Positions 38,001 to 46,992 of a DNA stretch of 55,381 bases are shown here, piece by piece. Position 1 is the first letter of the stretch. Every line of letters starts with the position of its first letter. Source of the DNA: a virus (Duplodnaviria > Caudoviricetes); IMG/VR virus record IMGVR_UViG_3300044644_001874, positions 1 to 55,381 of that record. One strand, given 5' to 3'. The notes beneath the pieces were generated by a model that saw only the letters and a list, made by a program, of their open reading frames with translations, was not told the origin of the DNA and did not search any database. The translations under genes and the position numbers were made by a program.

Positions 38001-39504
38001 TGACAGTAGTTTCTTGAATAACAGGTTTCCATAAATAGGCATACAAATTTTGAGTTTTAAGCTCATCCTCAGCGGTTGGGTTTGCAATTCCTGTTTGAAC
38101 TCTAGTGGTCTCTTTCCAATCAATTTCTGTTTTGGGTGGAGGTACAATCACAATCATATTTGTTTTTATTGGGTTTGGTATCGAATCAGTACCTCTTGAC
38201 CCCAATGTCGGGTTTTCTGCCAATGAACTATTAAACTCAGTAATGTTACTCTGTAACTCTGAAACCGCAGTATCTTTTATTGATTGTGATAATTCTTTGA
38301 AGACATAGACATTTTTATTTCCAGTTAAAACAATAGGTTTTGGATTTAGGTACGTATTGAACCATGAATTATTTGCACCTCGTACTCGAGCAAAATATTG
38401 AGTTAATATTCCTTTGTAGTTTCTAATATTAGTTAATGACTCTACCTCAGTTTTATCAAATGAATTAACTATATTTTGTTCAAAATTTTCTAACTTGTTC
38501 ATCAACTGAACTAATGTTAGTTCAGGAAAATTCGGATTTATAAGACCCTTGGCCTTGTATTCACTGTAAACTTCAACAATTTTTTGATAACCTTTTTCCG
38601 CAACAATTTGTGTAACGACTGCCTGATTAGAACCCAAATTGTTCGCTCCCTTTTCCGCTTGAGTACTTGCCTGTGATTCCGCAGATTTGTTCGATTGTTG
38701 TGGACCCTCTACTGTTTGGCTGATATCAAACCTTTGACTATACATGTGTGGAGCAGCTAATAAATGCCCCATAGCAACTTCATTCAGAATATTAAATTTA
38801 TATCCTTTGAAGGTTAATCGAACTAAATAGTTTCCACTGAATCCATTGAAGGACGCATGGAATTTTTCCAAGTTCAACTGATACCTTACAGCTTGTCCAT
38901 AATATCCTTTCAATGTAAGATAAAATTGTGGATATGGTAAATTAAAAAAGGCTGAGTATGGAGAATTATTTCCTAATTCAAATAATCCTTTTCCTTGTAT
39001 ATCTTCTAATAATATTTCTACTTGAGGTACAAAGCTACTATTTGTTTGAATGTTAATAGATGTAATTCCTAATAAACCATTATCTATAACATTTGTTTCA
39101 TCTACGACTGTATTTCGGATATAAGCATCGATTCCATTATTTCCGGGAACTCCTTGTTCCTTTGGTTGATTCTCCCCATTAAATTTTGTGGAATTACTTC
39201 CAGTTAATTGGTCGTAATATCCAGCACCTAAATACGAATTTTTTGTTGGTTTTAGAAAATTAATTTTTGCAACCGAAATGGTTCTAATTCTATCTTCAGG
39301 ACTTCCTCCCGCGGCTAATTTGGTTCTTGGTAAGACATCCGCTTCCAAGTTAGCATACATTACAAGACTCTCGTGGTCAACAAGCCTCTCTTTAATATTA
39401 CCAAAATCATCTATGGTTTTATTCGGGTCAACCACAATAATATTGTTGTAGTCAAATTCTACATAAATATTTCCACTTGTGTCCGCTTGTATGTTACCTG
39501 CCAT
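32086..39504 (-). CDS. Giant baseplate hub protein (gp27/gp44/VgrG-like termini) with a C-terminal IPT/TIG domain, 2472 aa
   Basis: N-terminal LGITSINI...VEILLEDIQG..LF...FYLTLKGYYG; hub C-motif VTSLGNALIQPTMYF...NGPYMITSVSHSI..GSFQTTFDG; IPT-like IIASFSPTIGNIGTIVQINGSNF; follows the LysM/gp53-like gene. Confidence 0.7.
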   Translation of the reverse strand: MAGNIQADTSGNIYVEFDYNNIIVVDPNKTIDDFGNIKERLVDHESLVMYANLEADVLPRTKLAAGGSPEDRIRTISVAKINFLKPTKNSYLGAGYYDQLTGSNSTKFNGENQPKEQGVPGNNGIDAYIRNTVVDETNVIDNGLLGITSINIQTNSSFVPQVEILLEDIQGKGLFELGNNSPYSAFFNLPYPQFYLTLKGYYGQAVRYQLNLEKFHASFNGFSGNYLVRLTFKGYKFNILNEVAMGHLLAAPHMYSQRFDISQTVEGPQQSNKSAESQASTQAEKGANNLGSNQAVVTQIVAEKGYQKIVEVYSEYKAKGLINPNFPELTLVQLMNKLENFEQNIVNSFDKTEVESLTNIRNYKGILTQYFARVRGANNSWFNTYLNPKPIVLTGNKNVYVFKELSQSIKDTAVSELQSNITEFNSSLAENPTLGSRGTDSIPNPIKTNMIVIVPPPKTEIDWKETTRVQTGIANPTAEDELKTQNLYAYLWKPVIQETTVSGKKSYNEVAEKWFVFEGDGRFDKEINLLETQANKKLSDYESEISALLLRKIEDTATGIGFTPTVRNIIAVIMASAEGFIRLLDDVHTNAWNVKYDPIRKNAILDNPASAPSSETVDQVVRDPATLVNQNQLDDIVNNSQIPVYPWPQYFVESPDDKKGRFQLKYLADPTVVDTTQGYLFDKWPEVEFVEEYMKGLTQKFQNPTAPPPLDNERDTNIININAIEFPSLGIPYTNKEEIKFFYEIWERQFLTSHYSGLVRANLNQVDELIKLNIETEVNNIITKLGLSSPYLTLKLKNFNLDATNYPNFLRTISNSGTGRSYQDYIRDFFVTPYIKGITENSFAILNASDIGKIPQVSTKSDALRSLLNNASNTPLIVDTLPYTDPTWCLNNLNQGNSAASNEVYSTNKSLTIFEPRKIIANFTDVYDYTTNRPVTNFSYLLNRNPSVEASTDGVLNSGNNNLASFFFQRSPDNFIATEGYVDGITPNLAGSFGLATALGVRYSTSMLNTPYFVNAIQNGVYNSRISGNTYPYVQAAYLFLNSLPLATLREKYKSVSNDVVSDLDYISSSLKKFGAIHKLPYAWILKYGSIWHRYKKYKESNVDILETAWGNFGYAENYYPPTSSITQTYSFKYSNVDTRISLQSEGPTQIQMQVGFYPKLINDFNVFYNGYDLYQNYTDSEIQNSVNAGMKLYNFSTSNIVNAKQGDKNLRLSTWSVLLPNLSPEVPIDCNPKDNTKGGDYFVVPSFGTPFNQTVNSCIQNETTNPVTRVDLTNNTSVYNGSVRCLWPAPNFGYFDNNQLAFPEPDSYLNFITTGSTSQTPLHFLSQNRYTKIEEVFSVFEKEILDSFELEFLNFCRPISNASVSKDVSTFGQSTVNLNANFKNFQSLFKSLMTVPVKLQSETEEQYFTNTINNQYSLFQSGIRSFMDYDVIFKYGNPSNYERRIFDSYLSHNNTEVVVDPITFNPYVPNSLPQAGSNLTLSQSQANNRQAWFALETEVGFSTILNVRYSSLGSYITDFFIDNNIEFTSQNVTLLAPIIKMYATQKLNNPGITASQFQTQLSQYLRQETGLQNNFLNGVLTGLRKALPNQQQLPERVVNSVITGEQSKVENYEVFKALNDKWIAGGDYKTKTLFEDFLFLDRASRNIGDTILLDIFDLKSMFGVGGEPGEYSLNQAMSVFTFVSGILIKNNFTVMPLPAYVNFYNVQDVGGVATAKPEGSLEFANNLWGTFLNVDYRNSGPKMICFYTGKPSQYLNLPKGNFRFRDDSFDMRRASENPLLENQDGKKDYDKSNKCVGFNVDVGTRNQNIFYSFTVSQDNGVATSESINTQLNMVDQASGRAVATQNNSLYNLYKNRSYKSTVTSLGNALIQPTMYFNVRHVPMFNGPYMITSVSHSIQPGSFQTTFDGIRQGIFDLPAIDSFLQSINQNLITRLEELLKINKDQVTVSATTNNVKATQIVQKADNTLDTTNSCTSKITDPVYVNGGYVAENGVSTKVTPKELADALKRIIPNNPILQTIIYCISYIRTFQPDATTKIGSFNAWNYNLCTISLETNLSGQVSQIQKTYSCVNIKTSPASNSSQPVAHFASLDSYINFMSGRLTPREPQILNLGLVKYYVCYWPTTNIQESYYDSNIGTFKQTKDTMYEALKSALEVGLSDTNLSIELKNKIENTESKGKTPGVTPTPTVIPVNPGSTCPPAIIASFSPTIGNIGTIVQINGSNFETTKEIKIGTTIVPFSGVTILNSGTIRFTVPQVGEGVKIQEKISLTTDYGTTTSINNFTYDPTMVTIPTSAQPTTAQGPSASIPPQIAPGIPNANTQPQETGPVVLTGRTIGSLLGGDTSLRVGVNPDAGPWKIYTPVEWSWRAVGTVPGPNNTFVEKIIGSRTDSRQLEGYLSTDGKSFFVTDFNIVDIVSRSLDEENDISKVSRINNIIIFRCNHDDTYVKFNETNNPDDIIETVIQSFNITVILK

Positions 39505-39817
39505 AATAATAAAAATGATTTTCTAATGCCGCCTTGTAGTCTTGTATTGATGGTAGTAGCGGAAATGGGATAATCAATACCGCACCGTCATAAATATTAT
39601 TTTCAAGACCACCAAATTGTGGATTAGCTTGAAGTATTAACCATCCGAACACAGGCGAATTATAAAATTCTTGTGAAACTTTATCTAATCTACTTTTAGC
39701 AACTTTATAGATAAAAGCTTTGTCTGTCGGCTTTGGAGGCAAGTAGACAAAAGGAACAACAGTTTGTTCCCCATTGATTAAAAAATCACTGTATCGATTC
39801 CAATATTGATATGCCAT
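39494..39817 (-). CDS. Baseplate LysM-like protein (T4 gp53 / P2 gpX-like)
   Basis: SRLDKVSQEFYNSPVFGWLILQANP...GAVLIIP. Confidence 0.8.
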   Translation of the reverse strand: MAYQYWNRYSDFLINGEQTVVPFVYLPPKPTDKAFIYKVAKSRLDKVSQEFYNSPVFGWLILQANPQFGGLENNIYDGAVLIIPFPLLPSIQDYKAALENHFYYYGR

Positions 39818-42800
39818 TAGTTCAGTTTTGCTTTAGATATCCACGCTCCAGTAGCATTTCCATTATTATCATTCCACCTTAACACATTTGTGTTTTGATT
39901 AGTAGTATTCCCCAAACCTTTAATCATACTTTCTTGAGATTTTTTCTGCCCATCGTCTGCAGAATTTTCAGTTGAAAACGTCAAATTCCTTTGTTTGGTA
40001 GTATCAAATGGTGTATAAATTAAATAATCTTTCAAATCATTTTTTTCTAAGTTTTCTATAAATGATTTTGTAATATTATTCTCTTCCAAGAAAACAGGTC
40101 TTGCGGTTGTTAACCAATATGTATCAAATATTCGTTCAATGTCAACAGACCCATTACCAAGTAACGCCTGATTTCCGAGTATGTTTCCTATTAATTGTTG
40201 TTTGAATGTTTCGTATTTTTTATCATCAATTACATCATCAGAAATAATCATGTAAACTCTTCTAAAAGGATAACTTTCCACATTATCAGCAAATAAAGAA
40301 TTTGTACTGAATGGTAAAAAGACCTTTTCGACTGAAACTTCTTTTGATTTTCCATTAGCAACCTCGAAAACTAAAGTACCTTCGTATTGAGTACCACTGG
40401 CGGCATATGTAAACTTTTTCTTACTTTGTATTATTGTATTAAATTCTTTAATACTTTGTTTAATCTTTACAGTATCTTCAACCAATTCTAACCATGTATT
40501 TGTACTTGTTGATGTCGGATGTACATCTGTAGTACCTGAAGTCACATATATTGTCACAGGGCCATTTTTAGCCTGTAATCCATCTGTACCATTATTCAAA
40601 GCTGTAGGGTCGAAAAGTATTGTGTTTAATCTACCAAGAGTTTGAATGTAAGTTTGCTCTTGATTAACTAAAACTTGTGATATACTTGAAATCCCATTTT
40701 GGAATGACCCACGTTTTCTAGATACAAAATTAAAATAATTGTCCTTAAGTGTCCTAATCAAAGGAGCAGGTAAATTTTTTGATGGTTCCGAAATGTATTG
40801 GACAAATCCTTCAGTTCCATTTTTTATGTTATTTTCAAGTTGTACGAATATCTCATCAAATCGTTTTTCAACATTGTTAGGTTTACCAAATAAGACCACA
40901 AATTCATTCGGGTCACCAACATTGAAATTTCCTTCAGTATAGTTTCTCTCCAACATCCATTGTTGTCTTACCGCATTATTGTATTGATTAACAGTTTCTT
41001 TAGATTTATTAACCACATTAGTAAAGTATGTTTGTGTATCGGAAACAACTCTACTCATAAAGCTACTATAACTGATTACACCTGTAGTAATACCACTGGT
41101 ATTTGTCTCAGAACTTATTATGTTACCTATTGTGTTATTATTATCTTGACCGCTATTTGGGGCGGCACTGTTAGCTCCTGGTATAGGAGGAGGAATTTGT
41201 CCCGCTAAGAAAAATTGGTCTAATACTTTTAATGCATCTGCCGACTCTGTATCTGTGGTATCCGCTCTATCATCATAAATTTCAGTGTTCGCATAATAGT
41301 TGAATGTTAAGGCATTTTGTAATTTATCAACAGACTCTTTCAAACCGCTTCCTCCAACAAAGTTAAAACTCAAAGTGACGTTAGCAATCATTGGCTGAAC
41401 CCCAATACCTTCAGGGTTAATATCTAATCCTTCGTATTGAAACTGAAGACCAGTTGGTATAATTTTCGTATTGTAAAAATCGCCAACTCTCAAAACTAAC
41501 ACCGGTGGGGCACCAAATGATGTATTGGTAGCATTGTTATAAACCAATTCCGGTTTACTATTTTGTGTTGGTTGTTTAATGGTAGGTATTGTATCTCCAG
41601 GTCGCATACATTGTTGTAAAAATGTTAACCTTGAATTCAATCCCTCAGGTGTCATCGAGTGAAATGATGGTTGAAAAAACTTTAATTTGTCTTTCAAATT
41701 ATCATAAACCATAGGTGTTTCCGCTTTGATGGTTTCAAAGTAATCACACTCAGACAATAATGCCCTTATAACTCTTTTGGTTATATTATCTCTTGGTTTC
41801 CATTCTTCAGTTACTTCTTCAGTTCTAATAGTTTCAGTAATGACATTTCCTACCAAAACGTCTACTCTATTCGGTGTTGGGTCAGATTTTGGGGCTTGTA
41901 TTGTTGTAGATACACTTTTGATAAATGCTCTTCTACACGCCATTGAAGGAACGGTAAAAATATCGTTACTTCCAGATTGAGTATCTCCCCCAACCGTATT
42001 TTGGTCTTTATCGGTACAATTAAAAGTTCTACCTAAATCAGTCAAGCTATCAACATTATAAGATTGTTTCCCCGCTTCCCCTCTTTTCACTTGAGAAGAC
42101 TCTGCGGTTCCTCCTGAACCCTCAATAGTGGCTTCTTCCCCAAGTGGTGTACCTCCCAAAACTAATAATCTTTTTGGTGATGAATTTACATATTTTTGTA
42201 ATAATGTGTTATTTGTAAAAAATTCCACCATAGATTGAATCCTTCTTCTAGAAAGTTCTACGTTATAAGCCTTTGTTGCCGGAGCCGAACAACTAGAATC
42301 AACATTTAACGTTATTGTCCCTTCAGTATTAGTTGTAAGTATTTTATCTAATTCAATACAAAATTGTTCTGCAACTTTGTAATTTGGAGTAACTACAGTA
42401 TCAAAAAATGAACTTGTCGCCTCGGCATTTGGTTTCGTATTATAAAATTGTCTATTTGATGATGAAGTGTATCTATTATATTCTGTAGTATAATTAACAG
42501 TTCCTTTTGGTTTTGGGTAATCATTTCCAAAATACAAACCTAAATTAAGATATTTTTCGAGCAATGATTGAACTTCGGTATTAATAGTTGCCTGAGAAAT
42601 TGAATCATCTGCCCCGTTTGGAGAATTAACTCCGGTTTCGATAGTTTTTCTAGTAAACTCAATTTGTTCCCTAGTCATTTCTTTTGAAGTAATTGCTTCT
42701 TGTAATTGAAACAAATCATTAGGGTTTACTGTAACATATTTTTTGGCTAACTCGTAGATATCATATTTTCTACAACCAGCAAAAAATGATTCTAAAATAC

Positions 42801-44931
42801 TATCAATACGAACTTTGTTTGTTTCATTTCCTAATACTTTATTTACAATAACATTAAGTACTGATGGATGGTCGACAACAATTTTCCAAGATAAAGTACC
42901 AGTTCTACTTGTATTTTTATAGGTATATATAGGCTCAGGTCTTCCTAAGAAATCAGATGGATTCCAATTCGCACTCACGTTTTCACTAAATGTTAACCCA
43001 TATGGAGGAAACCACATAACTCTACCTCCATTTGGGCCTCTTTCGCAAACAGGTAAATCTGAAGTTGAGAATCCTGGTGTACTAGAGGTTCTCCATGCCA
43101 AGTTTTCTAATGAAAACATATATTTCTTGGCGACTGCATTATTAATTGTTCCAACAATATTTGATGAACCTTGTCCACCTTCCTGTTTGTTTGGAACAAT
43201 ATTCAAGTTATAAGTCTTGTCCAAAACGGAATATGAAAATCTTCGGTTCTCGGTAGTAATACCATCTTGTTTTTGTAAGTCATTGTACTGAAGATAAGGA
43301 ATATCCTTAGCAAAAACACGGCAATATTCTGTACCAACCTCTTGACCAATAGCACCTTCATAACGATAAACTCTTGAACCTTTGGTCAACTCTTTATATC
43401 CGTCATTAAATACTTTACTCACTTGGTCAATAGCATTTCCAACGTGCTGGAGACGTTTACCTCCCTGAGGTTGACTATCTATTATTCTTTGTGTTTGGTC
43501 AAGTATAGAACCTTCTTTGAGTGGTATTCCAACAGATTCTGTATTAACATATGATGAAGGTCTAAAGTCCTCATCTTGATTTGTAACCTCTCCACCAATA
43601 CCTACTTTCTTTCCAGCATTACCTCTATACTTTGGTGATACCCAAGTAAATCCTCCTTCAATACCTCCACCATTACTATATGTTGGTCCGTTGGCGCCAA
43701 GTCTTACAGATTGGCTTGGCCCTTCATATAGTTGGGCCAATTCCGAAGGACCATAAACAGGTGATTGTTGTTCAGTACCAAATTGATTTACAGGAACTTG
43801 ACCTGAAGGAGAAAAAATTTGGGATGGGTTAGAAGTAATACTTCCAACATAAAAATTACTATTATCTGAAACTGTACCCGTAAGTGCTCCACCAACTCTT
43901 TGGAAAAAGTTTCTGGGGAAATTCGGCTTATATCTGTTGAAATCAATGTTCTTAAAAAGTCTCGATCTTTGACCTGCTCCCATGTTGTTGAACATGATTT
44001 GAGATCCAGTATCACCTCCTCCCATTAATCTATTTACAAATTTCCCAACACCGCTTTGTCTAAAAGCATTACCTAATTGTTGTATAGTTGTTGGTTGACC
44101 TAAAATAATATTAGGATCGAAATATGAACCTGGTATTGGAGACACGGGTAAAATACTACCACCAAGTCTTAACGCAAAATTGGCCGCTGCCAATATTGGG
44201 TTTGCCGTTACCGTAATAGTATAAACAGGTTCTATTATAGGTACAACACCTGTCAGTATATTAACTAAGTCAGTACCACTACTAACATTGAGGATGTTTG
44301 CTCTTCCTAAAGTATCTTGTCGTATTTGTGCGGCAATTCTTTGTTCAAACTCTCTTCTCAAAGTTTGAGCGCCTAAACGAGCAATAAATGAATCTTGACT
44401 CAATAAACCATTATTTCCACTCGGATCAGGGGATAATAATATTGATACAGGTGTATAATTGGAAGATACAAATGTTGTTGGATATGGTTGGTTGTTATTA
44501 CTATTGGTAGTTAGTGGCCTATTTAATGACCCGAAAAACTCCGCACTATCCAACTGAACCTGATTTCCATTTGAAAAAACATTAAGTGGTTTCCACTTTT
44601 GAGATTCAGGTAATGATTGACTAACTATATTCGCGTCTTGATATCCGTATTCACCCTCATTGGATTTTGTATTTAGTAAAGCTCCTGGGTCTGGTACTTG
44701 TTCATATCCACCTTCATTACCATATTGGTTAAGCGGATATAGTTTGTTGGCAAAAGATGGAACATCAATTAATTGATCTGGGCTGTCTTGTACAGATGTA
44801 TCCGACTGAACATATTCAGTATTGATAGGTTGCGTTGGTCTATTAGGAGCCTTAGCATATGGAGTTAAGTTCCTAACAATAAGTTTCTTTCTAAACCCTT
44901 CTGAATTTACAAAATCTAACGGACTTGACAT
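39817..44931 (-). CDS. Large tube-initiator/baseplate protein (gp48/gp54/P2 gpU-like motifs) with an inserted OmpA-like domain, 1704 aa
   Basis: FPPYGLTFSENVSANW...GRPEPIYTYKNTSRTG.LSW and APPVLVLRVGDFY...PMIANVTLSFNF; OmpA-like YNVELSRRRIQSMVEFF; lies between the tape measure and the LysM gene. Confidence 0.65.
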   Translation of the reverse strand: MSSPLDFVNSEGFRKKLIVRNLTPYAKAPNRPTQPINTEYVQSDTSVQDSPDQLIDVPSFANKLYPLNQYGNEGGYEQVPDPGALLNTKSNEGEYGYQDANIVSQSLPESQKWKPLNVFSNGNQVQLDSAEFFGSLNRPLTTNSNNNQPYPTTFVSSNYTPVSILLSPDPSGNNGLLSQDSFIARLGAQTLRREFEQRIAAQIRQDTLGRANILNVSSGTDLVNILTGVVPIIEPVYTITVTANPILAAANFALRLGGSILPVSPIPGSYFDPNIILGQPTTIQQLGNAFRQSGVGKFVNRLMGGGDTGSQIMFNNMGAGQRSRLFKNIDFNRYKPNFPRNFFQRVGGALTGTVSDNSNFYVGSITSNPSQIFSPSGQVPVNQFGTEQQSPVYGPSELAQLYEGPSQSVRLGANGPTYSNGGGIEGGFTWVSPKYRGNAGKKVGIGGEVTNQDEDFRPSSYVNTESVGIPLKEGSILDQTQRIIDSQPQGGKRLQHVGNAIDQVSKVFNDGYKELTKGSRVYRYEGAIGQEVGTEYCRVFAKDIPYLQYNDLQKQDGITTENRRFSYSVLDKTYNLNIVPNKQEGGQGSSNIVGTINNAVAKKYMFSLENLAWRTSSTPGFSTSDLPVCERGPNGGRVMWFPPYGLTFSENVSANWNPSDFLGRPEPIYTYKNTSRTGTLSWKIVVDHPSVLNVIVNKVLGNETNKVRIDSILESFFAGCRKYDIYELAKKYVTVNPNDLFQLQEAITSKEMTREQIEFTRKTIETGVNSPNGADDSISQATINTEVQSLLEKYLNLGLYFGNDYPKPKGTVNYTTEYNRYTSSSNRQFYNTKPNAEATSSFFDTVVTPNYKVAEQFCIELDKILTTNTEGTITLNVDSSCSAPATKAYNVELSRRRIQSMVEFFTNNTLLQKYVNSSPKRLLVLGGTPLGEEATIEGSGGTAESSQVKRGEAGKQSYNVDSLTDLGRTFNCTDKDQNTVGGDTQSGSNDIFTVPSMACRRAFIKSVSTTIQAPKSDPTPNRVDVLVGNVITETIRTEEVTEEWKPRDNITKRVIRALLSECDYFETIKAETPMVYDNLKDKLKFFQPSFHSMTPEGLNSRLTFLQQCMRPGDTIPTIKQPTQNSKPELVYNNATNTSFGAPPVLVLRVGDFYNTKIIPTGLQFQYEGLDINPEGIGVQPMIANVTLSFNFVGGSGLKESVDKLQNALTFNYYANTEIYDDRADTTDTESADALKVLDQFFLAGQIPPPIPGANSAAPNSGQDNNNTIGNIISSETNTSGITTGVISYSSFMSRVVSDTQTYFTNVVNKSKETVNQYNNAVRQQWMLERNYTEGNFNVGDPNEFVVLFGKPNNVEKRFDEIFVQLENNIKNGTEGFVQYISEPSKNLPAPLIRTLKDNYFNFVSRKRGSFQNGISSISQVLVNQEQTYIQTLGRLNTILFDPTALNNGTDGLQAKNGPVTIYVTSGTTDVHPTSTSTNTWLELVEDTVKIKQSIKEFNTIIQSKKKFTYAASGTQYEGTLVFEVANGKSKEVSVEKVFLPFSTNSLFADNVESYPFRRVYMIISDDVIDDKKYETFKQQLIGNILGNQALLGNGSVDIERIFDTYWLTTARPVFLEENNITKSFIENLEKNDLKDYLIYTPFDTTKQRNLTFSTENSADDGQKKSQESMIKGLGNTTNQNTNVLRWNDNNGNATGAWISKAKLN

Positions 44932-44992
44932 CTATGTTTTTTTATAGATAAATAGGTTGATTAAAGTTTTTTAATTTTAATAACACCTACTA

Positions 44993-46792
44993 TTATGGAT
45001 AATTGGTTTGTACTGGAGACATTGGATTGCCCTGTTTATTCAAGTTAATTATTAAAGTTTGGAAACTTGGTGAGTTGAATGCGTCATATAACGCTCTTTC
45101 AATCATTTTAGGATCCGTTCCTGTTGGAGCCATAACTTCTACTTTTATTGTTCCTCCTACGTCAACGGTAGATTTCGACATACCAGTAGTACTGGCGGTG
45201 TTTCTAACAACCTCCTGAACTTGTGTTTGTTTTCCTTCCAATAAACTTGATATGGGTTGATTACCCGCGGCTTGTTGTGATGCTTCTGTCTCACCAATTT
45301 TTCCCCGAAGCATATCTGTCAATTTTTGTTCATACGACCCGTATCCAAAACCTTGACTTATTTTTTCTCCAGTTTCCTCCAAAGATTTTTTGAAGTCTGA
45401 TTCAATATCACCAAGTAATTTTCCAGACCTCTCTAAATAATTTGCGACATCCTCTGTGTAATTATCACCCTCTTTCAAATCATCTATAAGTTTTTTGATA
45501 TCACTAAGTCCAGTTTCCACAGGTTTTCTCACACTTGCGGTGTCTCCCATTTTTGAAAACTCTCCGGTTACGTTTGTTATTCCACTCCGTACATCTTCTT
45601 CTCCTCGTACTATTGGACCTGCACTAACAACTCCACCAACAAATTTAGCCTTTATAGCCGCAATATCTGACACCATTACTTGAGAAAGTTTCATTTGAGA
45701 TCTTGCGATTCCCTCCATGTCTTTGGGGGCTTTTTTTTGTTCATCTATTAATTTGTCGAATTCTGGTTGTGATAGTTCCGCAAGTTCTTTCTTAGTTCCA
45801 TCTTCTAAAGTTACTTTGTAAGTTCCTTCCTCCATTTTAGCAATATTTGCCAAATATTGTTTGTCTTCTTCATTTACAATAGTAAGTCCTGCGGCATTAA
45901 TTTCCGACAATCTCATGTCTAATTCTGCCGCCGCCAACCCTAATCTAGACATTTCTTTAGCGGAAACACCTGTTTGGTCTTGCATCTCCTTGAGAGTTAG
46001 AACCCCTTGAGGATTTATCTTAAATGTTTTTGTTTTCTCGTCAAAGTATGTAAACTGTTTAGCAACATCAACTAAACTATCTTGTAAAGCACCTGGATCA
46101 TTTATTGAAGCATTCATCAAAGCAAATGGGTCAACTAAAGTACCTGCAGCAACACCTAGTCGTTGGAACGCTCCCGCAGTCTCTATTGCTTTTTCAGGAG
46201 ATAAAACATCTTCGGCAAGCTTAAACGTTGTACTCATATCAAATCGTAAAAGAGAAGCTTGAGCAGCCATCTTTGTTAAACCTAGCACTCCACCCTCGAA
46301 TTGATATCGATTCATTTGTTCCATATTGGCGTTAACATCTTTCATCACTGCTTCAGCGTTACCCCCAATACTTTGAATGTAGTTTACAGATTCTTCTAAT
46401 GTATCACCAATAGTTTCTACACCACGACCAACATTCAAAAACGAGTTAGTTAATACATCAGCTCCTAACCCTAAAACTTTTTCTGCTGCATATAATTTTT
46501 CAACTTCTTCACTGGTCGCTACAACGTTTCGTCTAGACGCATCCGCAACTTCTCCCATAATAGTTGCTGCTTCTGCCATGCTACCTCCCAATCTAGTAAC
46601 ATTCGGAGTCGCATCAGCTAAAGCAGTTTTAAGTTCGACTATCCTTTGTCTTCCCTGAGTGAAAAATTTATTTACTTGATTAGCGTAATCAGATAAGTCA
46701 CCTGACGCTTTCAAAAAAGATTCAGTATCAACTTTTAATTCGTTAAGTAGGTCTTCTTTGAATTGGGCTATTGTACTTTTTTCATTTGCCAT
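44993..46792 (-). CDS. Tape measure protein (599 aa)
   Basis: Predicted all-helical and Ala/Leu/Glu/Lys-rich; canonical position after tube and chaperone. Confidence 0.7.
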   Translation of the reverse strand: MANEKSTIAQFKEDLLNELKVDTESFLKASGDLSDYANQVNKFFTQGRQRIVELKTALADATPNVTRLGGSMAEAATIMGEVADASRRNVVATSEEVEKLYAAEKVLGLGADVLTNSFLNVGRGVETIGDTLEESVNYIQSIGGNAEAVMKDVNANMEQMNRYQFEGGVLGLTKMAAQASLLRFDMSTTFKLAEDVLSPEKAIETAGAFQRLGVAAGTLVDPFALMNASINDPGALQDSLVDVAKQFTYFDEKTKTFKINPQGVLTLKEMQDQTGVSAKEMSRLGLAAAELDMRLSEINAAGLTIVNEEDKQYLANIAKMEEGTYKVTLEDGTKKELAELSQPEFDKLIDEQKKAPKDMEGIARSQMKLSQVMVSDIAAIKAKFVGGVVSAGPIVRGEEDVRSGITNVTGEFSKMGDTASVRKPVETGLSDIKKLIDDLKEGDNYTEDVANYLERSGKLLGDIESDFKKSLEETGEKISQGFGYGSYEQKLTDMLRGKIGETEASQQAAGNQPISSLLEGKQTQVQEVVRNTASTTGMSKSTVDVGGTIKVEVMAPTGTDPKMIERALYDAFNSPSFQTLIINLNKQGNPMSPVQTNYP

Positions 46793-46821
46793 ATTGCATT
46801 AATTCTATATATTATAAATAC

Positions 46822-46847
46822 AAAAGGACTGATTTTTCAGTCCTTTT
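46822..46847 (-). terminator. Hairpin overlapping the stop of the chaperone frameshift extension
   Basis: aaaaggactga-tttt-tcagtcctttt, an 11-bp perfect stem immediately followed on the minus strand by TATTTATA. Confidence 0.7.
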
Positions 46848-46992
46848 TGTTTTCTTCCACCCATTTGTCCAAAAGATATTTTCTGATAAATAAGGGCATA
46901 ATTAAAAAATCTTGGTATGAGATGTTCAATAATTTAGTCAAATAGTAAAACTCATCTATTTGAGATTTTCTATAATTAGAAGAAAGGGCGAA
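46837..46992 (-). CDS. Start-less +1-frame extension of the tail chaperone (T4 gp51 / lambda gpT-equivalent)
   Basis: The +1 frame reads FALSSNYRKSQIDEFYYLTKLLNISYQDFLIMPLFIRKYLLDKWVEENKKD-TGA. It fills the gap to the tape measure gene and has the S..D...MP...R.Y pattern of second tail chaperones. Confidence 0.7.
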   Translation of the reverse strand, partial: FALSSNYRKSQIDEFYYLTKLLNISYQDFLIMPLFIRKYLLDKWVEENKKD

